NCBI GenBank assembly: GCA_030390025.1 | Contig: CM059431.1 | Span: forward strand, 114,392,001 to 114,456,000 | From: Squalus acanthias | Taxonomy: Eukaryota | Length of the DNA stretch: 64,000 nucleotides | Direction of reading: 5' to 3' | Part shown: positions 36,886 to 48,890 of the stretch, piece by piece | Position numbering within the stretch: position 1 is the first letter of the stretch | Layout: the number at the start of each line of letters is the position of its first letter | Made by a program: the position numbers and the translations under genes | Notes under the pieces: generated by a model | What the model was told of the DNA's origin: nothing | The model's input: only the letters and a program-made list of their open reading frames with translations | Database searches by the model: none

Positions 36886-37240
36886 GGTGACTGGATGAAG
36901 CAGTTCGGCAGAATGGTGTCCATTATCCTCTTGATTCTAGGTTCAGATCCAGCCCAGACTGGTGAAATGAAAGTCTTCCCTCTCAGGCACTGCAAGGGTC
37001 CTATGTGAAATTAATTTAAGCAGTTCAATTTCAAGCCAGTTCCCAGTAACTGTGAATCAATAGCACAAAACTGATGTGGCAATCTCACTTAGAGAAGTCA
37101 AAAGGTTGACCAGTGTGGGAAGTAGGGCAGCAGACAGTGCTTTTCCAGTGTTCCAATGAGACACGTTGATGGGGGTAGGTTGAGGAAGTTTCACTCTGCA
37201 TTTAACCTGTGTTATGCCAGATCTGAAAGTGGTTAACTCG
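36886..37240 (+). mobile_element. LF-SINE-like ancient SINE
   Basis: GACTGGATG...GGTTCAGATCCAGCCCAGACT...GAAAGTC...CCTATGTGAAAT...CCAGTTCC...GGCAATCTCA, in LF-SINE order. Confidence 0.65.
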
Positions 37241-37554
37241 ACGGAAAAGCATTCCATTTTCCAGCACTGGCATTTTTCACTTTTATGAGCATGACATTTT
37301 AAAAAACAATTAAATGTCAGTTGCAACATCAGTTTTCCAAAGTTTCCTCCACACTCACCTCCGCCTGACACACTGCCATGAAAATTGGTTGTGATGGTAA
37401 AGATGTAATGTAAAACAGGGCCTGCACTGACTTTGCAGTTTCCCCACATCCAATGCCGCAAGAGCAACGCAGTTTGATCATACATTTTTCCGTTACAGAC
37501 ACTGCCAACATGATCTTCAAAAGTTTTCCAATAGTCTGTATCAGATAATTACAC

Positions 37555-37785
37555 AGAATTACATAGAATTTACAGCACAGAAACAGACCATTTTATGCTT
37601 CCCTCGAGCCTCCTCGCACCCTACTTCATCTCACCCTATCAGCTATCCTTCTATTGCTTTCTCACTCATGTGTTTATCTAGCTTCCCCTTAAATGCATCT
37701 CTGCTATTTTCCTCAACCACTCCCTGTGGTAGCGAGTTACACATTCTAACCATTCTCTGGGTAAAGAAGCTTCTCCTGGATTCCA
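37555..37785 (-). mobile_element. CR1 3' end, older family
   Basis: Reverse complement resembles 55170-55420 (TTCTTTACCCAGAGAATGGTTAGAATGT...GATGCATTTAAGGGG). Confidence 0.8.
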
Positions 37786-39039
37786 TAATAATAAATAGTG
37801 AAATATAATCAAAACAAATTTACAAAGTGCTAATGAAATTTTTCACTTTGGTCATTCTAAAGACCTACACCTAAAAATGACTATGGAGTCTGGCAAATAT
37901 AACTGCACCAAACTGAAATGTCATCAGAATATTAACTGTTCCCTTCACAGCAACAGAACAAGGAAAGTAGAGTAGTGTTTTACATTCCAATGAAGTCAGA
38001 CAGGATAGTGTAAGATGATGCCAGCATCACACAAGAGTCAAGGGTCCCTATATATCCCTAATAAATTCTATCATATTCAGATTTATGGATTTCTAGCCAA
38101 TTTAATCTGTTATTTTATAGAACTGTGCGGCTCAAACCTTAATGCTTCATCACCAAGCTGTGAACAATGTATAAAATAATTGATTACTTATAACAAAATG
38201 TTATGTCGGTTTTAATGATGCATGAATAACATGATTTGATTTTTATAATAACTTTAATAGGCAATTGACTTGTGCAGCATTCTGTGACTGTCGACAAGGC
38301 TGTGTTAGCAGGCAACCAGTCAAAAGGATGCTGCACCGCAATCTGCCTTATTTGCCTTATATGACAAGCTTGTTTATTTTGAAGAGTTTCTTTTTTCTAA
38401 TTTTAACTTGTCACAACTTAATGGCCTGCAGTGCAGTCAGGTTCGCAGGGTAAGCGGTAGAGGGTGCTCTCATGCTGATGTGTGGATACTGCACTCAGAC
38501 GAGAGTCCTGTAGTGCCTGAGGTGACCTGGGCCTGATTGTCCAATCGGAGTTTTTTTAGGAATTGCTGAACGTAAAGACCAAGGACCATCTAATTCGCCT
38601 TCTACCATCCTGGTAGAGGCATGAAACAACGATAATGGAGTTTTTTGATGTATTTTGGACACTATCCTCATATGTGGTCCTCCCATCTTCATGTTAATTA
38701 GCTCAAAATGATCTCACATCTGATCTTCTGGCCTGGGGGAAGGCTCCTCCCCTTTGTCCAAAACAAATGGACACAAAGGTCAAGAAGCTTATTAAAGGGA
38801 AAAGGTATCTATTTTTTTGGGGGGGGAAATCTTTTTTAACGTTTCTCTGGCTGTATTTTGGTGCAAGTGTTATTTGATTCGGATAGGATGGCCTCTTTTT
38901 TTTTTTCCATTTTGTGCTTCTTTTTGCCCTCCAATATTTTTCTTCTTTTTTGGGTGGTTTCTGTTTGCTTTAAGGTGGCACCTTACAAAGAGGCAAGGAT
39001 GAGTATACCTTTGAGGGCTCCAGACATTTTGCATAATTG

Positions 39040-39235
39040 AAATGAGGAAGAGGAATTCATGAGGGACCTAAAAATGCAGATGTAATGACCCCAGCAGCAT
39101 TCCAGCCTCATCTATTGCTCCCCTAAGACCTGTACCTGGAGATGTCAGAGCAGTCCTGTCTTTGCTTTTCTGCTTCACAAGACAGGCTGCCACAAAGTTG
39201 TATCATGTGCTTCCCAGTGATTTGCACACAACATC
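39040..39235 (+). pseudogene. Very degraded Harbinger transposase N-terminal remnant
   Basis: YLEMSEQSCL...FTRQAATKLYHVLPSDL parallels the region at 34310-34430. Confidence 0.45.
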
Positions 39236-39599
39236 TGGATCATAAAATTGGGCTCGTAGTGTGAAGCTGAGACATAGAAGGTGCCCTTGGGTTGAGGTGT
39301 AAAGAGTATGCTCAGGCAGAGGTGTGGAAGGCACTCTCAGGCTGAGAGGTAGATATATTCAGGCTGACATCCTGATGGTACTCTCACCCATCCTTAATGG
39401 TCAAGGACACATCTTGCTCTCCTAAATATACACCCCTATTACCTATGTTAGTTAGTATTTTAGCACATGCACAGCAACAGCCATGTTTGTATAGTATGGC
39501 TGAATTTCCTGGGATGAAAATCAGGCGGGTTGGACAACGACAATCAGCTCTGTCCGATTACCACCCAGGCAGTGAAGGTAAAAATAGCCTCACAGATCA

Positions 39600-39760
39600 A
39601 CTTTTTAAGAAAAAGTTGGATATGTGGTTGAAGGGGATATTGGAAGAGAGCAGGCACATAGGATTAGAACTATTGCTCGTGTGGAGAATAAACACCAACA
39701 TGAAGTGGTTGGGATGAATGGCCTGTTTCTGTGTTGTCATTTCTATGTAATTCTCTATAA
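39600..39760 (+). mobile_element. CR1 3' tail fragment
   Basis: FKKKLDMWL, then GCTCGTGTGGAGAATAAACACC...GAATGGCCTGTTTCTGTG...CTATGTAATTCT. Confidence 0.75.
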
Positions 39761-40934
39761 TCTCTTTCGCAGAGCCTGGAGATTGCAATAGCCTATTTTT
39801 ACTTTTACTGTCAGTCCATTTCTGGCTAAAAAAGGATGGGAATATTACACCTTACATTCAGAGCTTCTAAGCCCTGTAGATTGACATTAGCTTGTGCGTG
39901 TTATAAATGTTATGATGCAAGCAAAAGCATTATCTTACTCAGTGACCAGCAGAAGGTCATTACAAAGTTGTGCCTTTTTCAGATTCTCGCTGCATTGCAA
40001 TCTGCCTTTTATAGTGAAATTAGTTCTTCATATTTTTACCTAAGTGTATGGGATCTCACTTGGACTTTACAAAACAAACATTTACGCCACAAAATCATTA
40101 CCCTAAATGCAGCCACAATCTGCCCAGCACAGATCTGTTTTCCTGCATATTGCATTTCATAGTGATGCACTGTATTGATCAGACTTTTCCAGGAAATAGA
40201 TTAAATGTCTTTTAACAGGCAGAAACAAAAAAAAAAGATAAGAGTAAGAAACAGTATACAGAATGTGAGAAACCTAAAAAGAGAACGCGAACAGGCAGAA
40301 ATAAGAAGGAAGAAAGAGAATAGAGAATAAGGGCAAAAGCACTGCAATGTTATTGGGAAGACCTATATTCTTTTATCTGTACGGAGTCGGACAATGTGGT
40401 AGATTGCATGCCCGTTTATCATATCAGTATCAATGATTGTATATATTCTGCTGTGATCCTCAAAACACCATTAAAGGTCAGTGAAATGTGAAAACCTGGT
40501 ATTTTCTTTTCTGAAGTGCAACCAGAAATATCGCAGTCATTAAATGGGCTGAATTCTACACCTATGGGCACTGATGGATTTTGCATTCTGTTGTCTATTT
40601 TGATGCTGATCAGTTCTGTGTGGGGCCTATTGACATGTGCCGTGTCAAAAATGGGTTGCATATCCAAAGCTATTTGCCACCTAAACAGGTGTCATGCACC
40701 TCAGGTACGTCGATCAAAAATGAAAATATATAAGATTTATCCCACTTTATCTGAGGGCCCAAGTCACAATACCCAACTCTATAGGTTTCAAATAATAACT
40801 GCCCAGTCCTGTTATTGTTATGTAACATGTCTATGGTCAAAGACACATTTGAAATATTGCTGTATCATAATTGGCCCATCCATTTATCGATGTATACTTT
40901 CTTCATGACCTTATTTTGGAAAGTGGTATTTGTT

Positions 40935-42800
40935 TCATTTTTTTAAATTTTATTATTTTTAAATTACAATACAGAATAACAGAATGCATGCTGCCAACGC
41001 AGGTACTTGCAGATACATACATGAGGGTCCCATACAGCTATTCAGTTTAACGTACGTAGTTGAAGTTATTAGTTAGTCAGCCTGAAGTTATCCCTTATCA
41101 GGAGGCTCAGGTCGCACAGGGTGGGGAGGCGTGCGGAGTGGAGATGGAGAATCAGTGTAGACAGTATCATTGTGTGCTGGGCTGAAGTGGCGCTTGGTGC
41201 GTGTGGGAAGCGAGTGAGTCACTGGGCCAGGGATCTGTCCATTCAGTGGTCAGCCGAGGGGTCCTTTTGGTTATGGGTCTTGGAGTAGGTGAGTGCTGAA
41301 CCTGGTGTTTCCCAATCCCAGGTTCAAGCTGTGCATCACTTGCTCGAAATGGCAGATGTTACATGGATTCTTTGTCCACATGTTTATTATTAGGGGTGTC
41401 AGGTTGTGCCAAAGTCCTTACTTCTTGGAATATGAGTAAAAGGTGTTTGTTCCCTTGTTGGCAGTAGACTGAGTAAACATGGAGTTGGGTCAAGGGGGAT
41501 TTTACAGCTGTTTATGATTTTGATTTCCAATTCTGGCCTCTTGCGCATCCCCAATTTCCTACGCTCCACCATTGGTGGCCGTGCCTTCAGCAGTCTGGGC
41601 CCTAAGCTCTGGAATTCCCTCCCTAAACCTCTCCACCTCTCTACTTCTCTTTCCTCCTTTAAGTCGATCCTTAAAACCCACCTCTTTGACCAAGCCTTTA
41701 ATCACCTGTCTTAATATCTCTTTATCTGTCTCGGTGTCAAATTTTGTTTGATAACACTCCTGTGCAGCACCTTGGGACATTTTACTAGTTAAAGGTGCTA
41801 TATAAATGCAAGTTGTTGTTGGTTGCCTCCAGAATCTCTGCTCAAAAGGGGTGGGTGAACAGGAAATCCACAATGTGTGCCTGAGTGTGCTCTTATGGCC
41901 ACAGTTCCTCCAGCTATCATTTCATTGGGTCAGGTGGAACTTACAATGTCTACGTCGCTCGAGGGGCTGAATGGCCTACTCCTGTTCCTGTAGGTAAGGG
42001 TGAGATATGTGCGGTAGCAAATGTTTAGCTGTCTTTTCCTTAAACTGCTACAGGTATAGGTTTTGGGATACAGTCTCTCTTTATTGGTCTCTGGGAGTGG
42101 ATAGCCCAAATCACGTTTCAAGAATGTATGTGGACTTTGTGTGTCATTTGATGAAGTGGAAGAAGGCAGTACTAAATAGAAACAGGATTATGTGCTTTGG
42201 GCGGGGAGATTTTGGGGGAGTTCACAGTGTTGCAAAGGGTCAGTTCTAATAGGGTCAGCTTGTGCTCGATTTTAAATGGCATAGCTCGGTCCAAAAGATA
42301 GTTTCAGATCTGTGGGTGGCAAAAGTCATATTGAGCATCATGAAATTTGTCAGCCAATTGCTGGAAGGGCACGATTTAGCCCTAATGTAGCAGCTTTCCT
42401 ATTTCAGTGATGCCCTTCACATGACATGCCTTGAAGCTGCTTGTGGCAAGAGCCTTTGGAATGTCATCGACAATGCTGGTGGGTCCAGGGGCACCATTAG
42501 AGAAATGTAAGATTCCCTCTCGAATGCCAAGGTTAGTGATACAGTTGGGTGTTTTCAGTCTCTAGCTGGTCTTTTCACAGGATCTGAGAAGGGGAGAATG
42601 AGCTGAGAGGTTGGTAGAGTAGCATTGATCTCCAATTCCAGCCAAAGATTTTGTGGCGCCTTGATCTAGTCAATTAACTGTACGACCCAATAGTCAGAAG
42701 TTTGACTCACTCTGCTTTCTCTCTAACAGTCATATCTTTGACTGTGTCGCTGCCTATAAGAATCATGAGTTCTATTTGTCAAGGTTGTGGAACTGTTGTA
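40935..42800 (-). mobile_element. Ancient fish-type L1-clade LINE, 3' portion
   Basis: Minus-strand peptides KGITEIG...PFQQLADKF, RDLG...QLNICYRTYLT and WRNCGHKSTLRHTLW..C...FW (CCHC-like). AATAAA and an A-rich end near 40940. Confidence 0.6.
41525..41822 (+). mobile_element. L2 3' end inserted in the L1 relic
   Basis: GGRAFSSLGPKLWNSLPK...; tail GCTATATAAATGCAAGTTGTTGTT. Confidence 0.9.
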
Positions 42801-43285
42801 CCAAGATTCAGATGGAACATGATCCGGGATGGTAGCATAATGGTTATGTTCCCAGACTAATAATCCAGAGTTCAAATCCCACCATGGCAGTTTGTGAATT
42901 TGAATTTAGTTTAGAAAGAAACAACTAATCAAATCTAGAATAAAAAGATTGTATCTGTAAAAGTGATCATGAAGCTGTAAGATTGTCGTAAAAACCCAAC
43001 TGGTTCACTAACGTCCTTCAGCGAAGGAAACCGGCCTTCCTTATCCGATCTGGTCTATGTGTGATTCCAGTCCCACACCAATGTGGTTGACTCTTAACTA
43101 CCCTTTGAAATGGCCCAGCAAGCCTCTCAATTGTATCAAGCCACTACAAAAAAGAATAAGATGAATAAAACCGGATGGATCACTCAGCTGTGACCGAGGC
43201 ATCGAATCAGGACATGACAAAGGCACACCCAGCGCAGTTGACTCTCCAATGTCCTCCACTGGTGCCAAAGTTACGAGATGTGCCC

Positions 43286-45970
43286 GCGGTATTGATTAAA
43301 GAAACTATTACAGCTGTGAGGAGGGATGATATGTTGGAGGGATCATCAAACGAGGCCATATGGGTCGAATTGAAAAACAAAAAAGGGGCGATCACACTGC
43401 TGGGAGTGCACTACAGACCCCCAAACAGTGAGAGGGAGATAGAAGAACAAATATGTAGACAAATTTCTGAGAAGTGCAAAAACTATAGGGCAGTAATAGT
43501 AGGGGATTTCAACTACCCCAATATTAACTGGGATAAAATTAGTGTGAAGGGTATAGAGGGTGCGGAATTCCTAAAATGCATCCAGGAAAACTTTTTTAGC
43601 CAGTATGTAGCAAGCCCAACAAGGGAGAGGGCGGTTCTGGACTTAGTTTTAGGGAATGAAGCTGGACAGGTAGAAATCATATCAGTGGGGGAGCATTTTG
43701 GTGCTAGTGACCATAATAATGTTAGATTTAAGGTAGTTATGGAAAAGGACAAGGATAGACCAGGAATAAAAATTCTAAATTGGGGAAAAGCAAATTTTGC
43801 TAAGCTCAGAGGGGATTTAGCCATAGTGGACTGGAAACAGCTACTTGAAGGTAAATCAGTGTCAGAGCAGTGGGAGGCATTCAAGGAGGAGATCCGGAGG
43901 GTTCAGACTAAATATGAGCCTTTAAAGAAAAAAGGTGGGACTAACAAATCTAGAGCCCCCTGGATGTCTAGAGACATACAGGGTAGAATAAAGAAAAAAA
44001 GGGAGGCATATGACAAGATAGCGAGGGCTAAATACTCCAGAATCTTTAGAGGAGTACAGAAAGTGCAGGGGTGCAATTAAAAAGGATATTAGGAAAGCAA
44101 AGAGAGAGCATGAAAAATTCTTGGCAAGTAAAATCAAGGAAAACCCAAAGATGTTTTATAAATATATTAAGAGTAAGAGGAGAACTAAAGAAAGGGTAGG
44201 GCCTATTAGAGATGAGGGTAATCTGTGTGTGGAGGCGGGAGATGTCGGTAGGGTTCTTAATGAATACTTTGCGTCTGTTTTCACAAAGGAGAGGGACGAA
44301 GCAGACATTGCTATCAGGGGGAGGAGTGTGAAATATTAGATGAACTAAACATAGTGAGAGAGGAAGTATTAAGGGGTTTAGCAGCTTTAAAAGTGGATAA
44401 ATCCCCAGGCCCGGATGAGATGTATCCCAGGCTGTTAAGCGAAGCAAAAGAGGAAATAGCAGAGGCCCTGACCATCATTTTTCAATCCTCTCTGACTTCA
44501 GGTGTGGTGCCGGAGGACTGGAGGACTGCTAATGTGGTACCCTTGTTTAAAAAGGGAGAAAAAGATAGACCGAGTAATTACAGGCCAGTCAGGCTAACCT
44601 CGGTGGTGGGAAAATTATTGGAAAGAATTCTGAAGGACAGGATAAATCTTCATTTAGAAAGATACGGATTAATCAAGGATAGTCAGCACGGATTTGTTAA
44701 GGGAAGGTCGTGTCTGACAAACTTGACTGAATATTTTGAGGAGGTAACAAGGAGGGTAGATGAGGATAGTGCGTTTGATGTAGCGTATATGGACTTTAGC
44801 AAGGCTTTTGATAAGGTTCCACATGGCAGACTGGTCATGAAGTTAAAAGCCCATGGGATCCAGGGCAAAGTGTCAAGTTGGATTCAAAACTGGCTCGGAG
44901 ACAGGAAGCAGAGGGTAATGGTTGATGGGTGTTTTTGTGACTGGAAGGCTGTTTCCAGTGGGGTTCCGCAGGGCTCAGTACTAGGTCCCTTGCTTTTTGT
45001 GGTATATATCAATGATCTAGACTTGAATATAGGGGGTATGATTAAGAAGTTTGCAGATGATACTAAAACCGGCTGTGTTGTTGACACTCAAGAAGGAAGC
45101 TGTAGACTGCAGGAAGATATCAATAAATTGGTCAGGTGGGCAGAACAGTGGCAAATGGAATTCAATCCAGAGAAGTGTGAGGTAATGCATTTGGGGAGGG
45201 CTAACAAGGAAAGGGAATACACATTAAATGGTAGGACACTGAGTAGTGTAGAGGAACAAAGGGACCTTGGAGTGCATGTCCACAAATCCCTGAAGGTAGC
45301 AGGCCAGGTAGATAAGGTGGTTAAGAAGGCATACGGAATGCTTGCCTTTATTAGCCGTGGCATAGAATACAAGAGCAGGGGGGTTATGCTTCAACTGTAT
45401 AAAACACTAGTTAGGCCTCAGCTAGAGTACTGCGTGCAGTTCTGGTCACCACATTACAGGAAAGATATGATTGCACTAGAGAGGGTACAGAGAAGATTTA
45501 CAAGGATGTTGCCGGGAGTAGAGAATCTTAGCTATGAGGAAAGACTGGATAGGCTGGGTCTGTTTTCCTTGGAACAGAGGAGGCTGAGGAGAGACCTTAT
45601 TGAGGTGTATAAAATTATGAAGGGCATAGATAAAGTGGATAGAAAGGACCTATTTCCCTTAGCAGAGGGGTCAAAAACCAGGGGGCACAGATTTAAAGTA
45701 ATTGGTGGAAGGTTTAGAGGGGATTTGAGGGGAAATTTCTTCACCCAGAGAGTTGTGGGGGTCTGGAACTCACTGCCTGAAAGGGTGGTAGAGGCAGGAA
45801 CCCTAACCACATTTAAAAAGTACTTGGATGTGCACTTGGGATGCTCTAACCTGCAGGGCTACGGACCAAGAGCTGGGAAGTGGGATTAGGCTGGATAGCT
45901 CTTTGTTGGCCGGCGCAGACACGATGGGCCGAAATGGCCTCCTTCCGTGCTGTAACTTTCCATGATTCTA
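43286..45970 (+). mobile_element. Young CR1 LINE (ORF2: partial APE plus RT), 5'-truncated
   Basis: YRPP, VGDFNYP, LDLVL, SDHN motifs; RT; 3' GGCC-GAAAT-GGCC hairpin and ATGATTCTA tail. Frameshifts near 44015 and 44320. Confidence 0.97.
44354..45889 (+). CDS. Uninterrupted CR1 reverse transcriptase/C-terminal ORF (511 aa; C-terminal portion of a frameshifted ORF2)
   Basis: KSPGPD, NYRPV, QHGF, DFSKAFD, GVPQGSVLGP, KFADDTK, RPQLEYC. Confidence 0.85.
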   Translation: MREEVLRGLAALKVDKSPGPDEMYPRLLSEAKEEIAEALTIIFQSSLTSGVVPEDWRTANVVPLFKKGEKDRPSNYRPVRLTSVVGKLLERILKDRINLHLERYGLIKDSQHGFVKGRSCLTNLTEYFEEVTRRVDEDSAFDVAYMDFSKAFDKVPHGRLVMKLKAHGIQGKVSSWIQNWLGDRKQRVMVDGCFCDWKAVSSGVPQGSVLGPLLFVVYINDLDLNIGGMIKKFADDTKTGCVVDTQEGSCRLQEDINKLVRWAEQWQMEFNPEKCEVMHLGRANKEREYTLNGRTLSSVEEQRDLGVHVHKSLKVAGQVDKVVKKAYGMLAFISRGIEYKSRGVMLQLYKTLVRPQLEYCVQFWSPHYRKDMIALERVQRRFTRMLPGVENLSYEERLDRLGLFSLEQRRLRRDLIEVYKIMKGIDKVDRKDLFPLAEGSKTRGHRFKVIGGRFRGDLRGNFFTQRVVGVWNSLPERVVEAGTLTTFKKYLDVHLGCSNLQGYGPRAGKWD

Positions 45971-46924
45971 CTCGTCAAGCAACAGCCTGACATAGTCAAA
46001 CTCACAGAATCATACCTATCAGCCAATGTCCCAGACTCCTCCACCATCATCCCGAAGTTTGCCCAGCCTCACCGGCAGAACAGACCCACCAGAGATGGGG
46101 ACACAGTGGTATACAGTTGGGAGGGAGTGGCCCTGGGAGTCCTCAACTTTGACTCTGGACCCTATAAAGTCTCATGGCTTCAGGTCAAACATGGGCAAGG
46201 AAACCTCCTGCTGATTACCACCTACTGCCCTCTCTCAGCTGATGAATCAGTACTCCTCCATGTTGAACACCACTTGGAGGAAGCACTGAGTGCAGCAAGG
46301 GCACAGACTGTAGTCTGGGTGGGGTTTGTTCCTGCCATTGTCCAAAGCTTTCCGACATTGTGGATGATAATATGGATAATATCCAGTTTCCTGATATAAC
46401 ATGCATTGTCTTCAGGCTGGCTCTAAAAGTGCAGTATAATGCTTCCTATTTCAGCCTGGCTTTGAATGTCCCAATATGAGTGAGCCCACATCCAAGCAGT
46501 GACCTTGTATTGTTTTTTCTTTGTTTGGGTGGCAGCGTAACTACAGCTGGTACAACACCCACATATTCGCTGGCTACCGCTGTTTGCCATTCTATTTTCT
46601 TCAAATTAAATAAAAGGGATGACTGTCCTTTCCGTCTCTCCAGTTAGCACTTTTAGGTGAGAAAAAAATGAAGTGGCAATTAGCTTTCTAAATTAGTTCA
46701 TTTGCATGCATGAGAATGTTTGAATGTGCATGGGTGAAAGATTTATCATGCCACCTTCCCACTGCAGTGCAAGGTGCCAGTATTCCCATTTGCACCACGA
46801 CACAAATAGAGCCAGTACGATAATGGCAAGACCAAAACAATAGGGCTAATCACCAGCTTATAGAGAGGGTCGAATGTTTTTGGAACAAGAGGAAGAAGTG
46901 AAACTTGGATATTAAATTAAGAGA

Positions 46925-47446
46925 TAAAAACAGAAAATGCTGGAAATACTCAGCAGGTCAGGCAGCATCTGTGGAGAGTTATCGTTTCAGGTCGATGACC
47001 TTTCGTCAGAATTGGAAAAAGTTAGAGATGTAACAGATTTTAAGCAAGTGCAGGGGCAGGGAAAGGGGGAGGGGAGGAAAGAACAAAAGGGAAGGTCTGT
47101 GATAGGGTCGAAGGCAGGAGTGACAAAAGGGATGATAGTATAAAGCAAAAGGAGATGGTAATGGGACAGGTAAAGAAACAAAAGATGAGTCTCGAAGAAG
47201 TGTAAATGGGAATGGCAGAATCATCAACAGCTACCATGTGGAAAAATAGGGGCAGAGGTTATGGTCTGAAATTGTTGAACTCGATGTTGAGTCCAGAAGG
47301 CTGAAAAGGGCCTAATCGAAAGATGAGGTGCTGTTCCTCGAGCTTACGTTGAGCTTCATTGGAACAGTGGAGGCTGACCTGCTGCGTATTTCCAGCATTT
47401 TCTGTTTTTATTTCAGATTTCCAGCATCCGCAGTATTTTGCAGTTG
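46925..47446 (-). mobile_element. Penelope 3' fragment with inverted pLTR end
   Basis: 15-bp TSD TATTAAATTAAGAGA at 46910-46924 and 47447-47461. Minus strand LHCSNEAQRKLEEQHLIFRLG..QPSGLNIEF. Confidence 0.9.
46977..47013 (-). ncRNA. Hammerhead motif, probably inactive
   Basis: AAUU-CUGACGA-A-AGGUC-AUC-GACCU-GAA-ACGA-U-AACU. The conserved U before the cleavage nucleotide is mutated to A. Confidence 0.6.
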
Positions 47447-47784
47447 TATTAAATTAAGAGAGTTGGCTTTCAACAAGCATTATTGAATGTGCTGGCAGCA
47501 CACTCAGGAGTATTTCTAAGAATAGACAAAATCAAAGATAATTTTTGGTGGGTATTTCCTTACTTGCTGTATTGAAGGGATAAAATCCAAACTGAACGAT
47601 TCAAATGCATTTGGAAAAATAAACATTTTGGCACAACTGACCAATTTTGAATGGGCCTGATTTTATAATAAGCTAATCAATCTCTTGTGGCATTGCACAT
47701 GAAGGGTCAAGATCAAACGCACCTTTCATGTCAAGTGCGATTAGAAGGCAGGGAGAGAATTGAACCCAAGTACAGGAGCGGAGA

Positions 47785-48890
47785 TGTGACAGATGGGAGG
47801 GGGAGGAAGGAGAGGGTAAAGAGGAGAGGGAGGGGGAAGGGTGGAGAATGTGAGGGGAAATGGATTGGAGATCTGGTGAGGGAGAGGAGAGGAGGGAAAG
47901 AAGAAATGAGAGGAGAGTAGGCAGGGGAGGAGTGGAGAGGAGAGGGGGAGATGAAAGGGGAGGCAGGAGAGTAGAGGAGGAGTGGGAGGAGAGTAGAGGG
48001 GGCATGGAGAGTGGAGGGATCGGGCAGAGCAGAAGAGAGGAGAGTAGAGGGTGAGGATGGGGAGTGGGGATGGGGTGAGGTGGAGGAGAGATGAAGAGAC
48101 AAGGGGAGTTGAGAGGATAGTAGTGGGAGAGGAGAAAAAAGGAGAGGAGTAGGGGAGGAGAAAGGAGAGGAAGAGCTGAAGGAAGAGGCAGAGGGGAAGG
48201 GAGTGGGGATGGGAGGATTGGGAACAATGTGAGTGGAGAGAAAAGAAGGGGAGAGGTGAGGAGGGGAGCTGGTGTAGAGACGAGAAGTAAAGGAAGGGGG
48301 CACGGAAAGGAGGGGATGGGAGAAGAATGGAAAGGGGAGGGGAGTGGTAGAGTAGAATAAAAGAGAGAGGGGCGGAAGCAGGGTAGAAGTAAGAGAGTGA
48401 GGGCAAAAGAAAGGGATGGGGATGGGGAGAAGAAGGGATGGGGAAAGTAGGGTGAGGAGGAAAGAGGCTTGAGGAAAAAAGGGGGGAGCGGTTGAGCAGT
48501 GGGAGAGGGAGCAGGAGGAGTAGAGGGGAGTGGAGTTTGAGAGAAGGAGGAAAGGGGATGGAAGAGAGAAGAGAGATGGAGAGAGGGGGAGGGTGTAGAG
48601 GAGGAAAAGGGGATGGGAAAGCGGGAGGAGGATGAGGAGTGGATGAGAGGAGGACAGGGGAGAAGAGGAGAGGAAAGTAGGAGATCGAGGAGTGGGGGAA
48701 AGTGGATGGGAGAGCACGAGAGAGGGTAAAGTGGGGGAAAGGAGGCAAGCGAGAAGAAATTGGGAAGGGAGGGATAGCGGGGACTGAGTAAGCAAGGGCC
48801 TATCAAGGGAAGGAGGAAGAGGAGAGAGGGATAGGGTAGAGGAAGTGGAAAGGGTAAAGGCAAAGGGAGGGGAGAGAGAAGGGGCAAGGG
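47785..48890. repeat. ~1.1 kb polypurine (G/A) low-complexity tract
   Basis: Nearly all G/A on the + strand. Source of the P/L/S-rich spurious ORFs. Confidence 0.95.

Larger units (their letters stand above)
42826..46320 (+). mobile_element. 5' part of an older CR1-clade LINE with a tRNA-like/SINE-like head, split by a younger CR1
   Basis: Head TGGTAGCATAATGG...GAGTTCAAATCCC. APE start LVPKL (~43260) resumes after the insert as LVKQQPDIVKLTESYL...TTYCP (45970-46320). Confidence 0.7.

Noticed and set aside
47673..48887. Three overlapping 335-404 aa ORFs on the minus strand
   Set aside because: Artefact of the polypyrimidine strand lacking stop codons; P/L/S/F low complexity.
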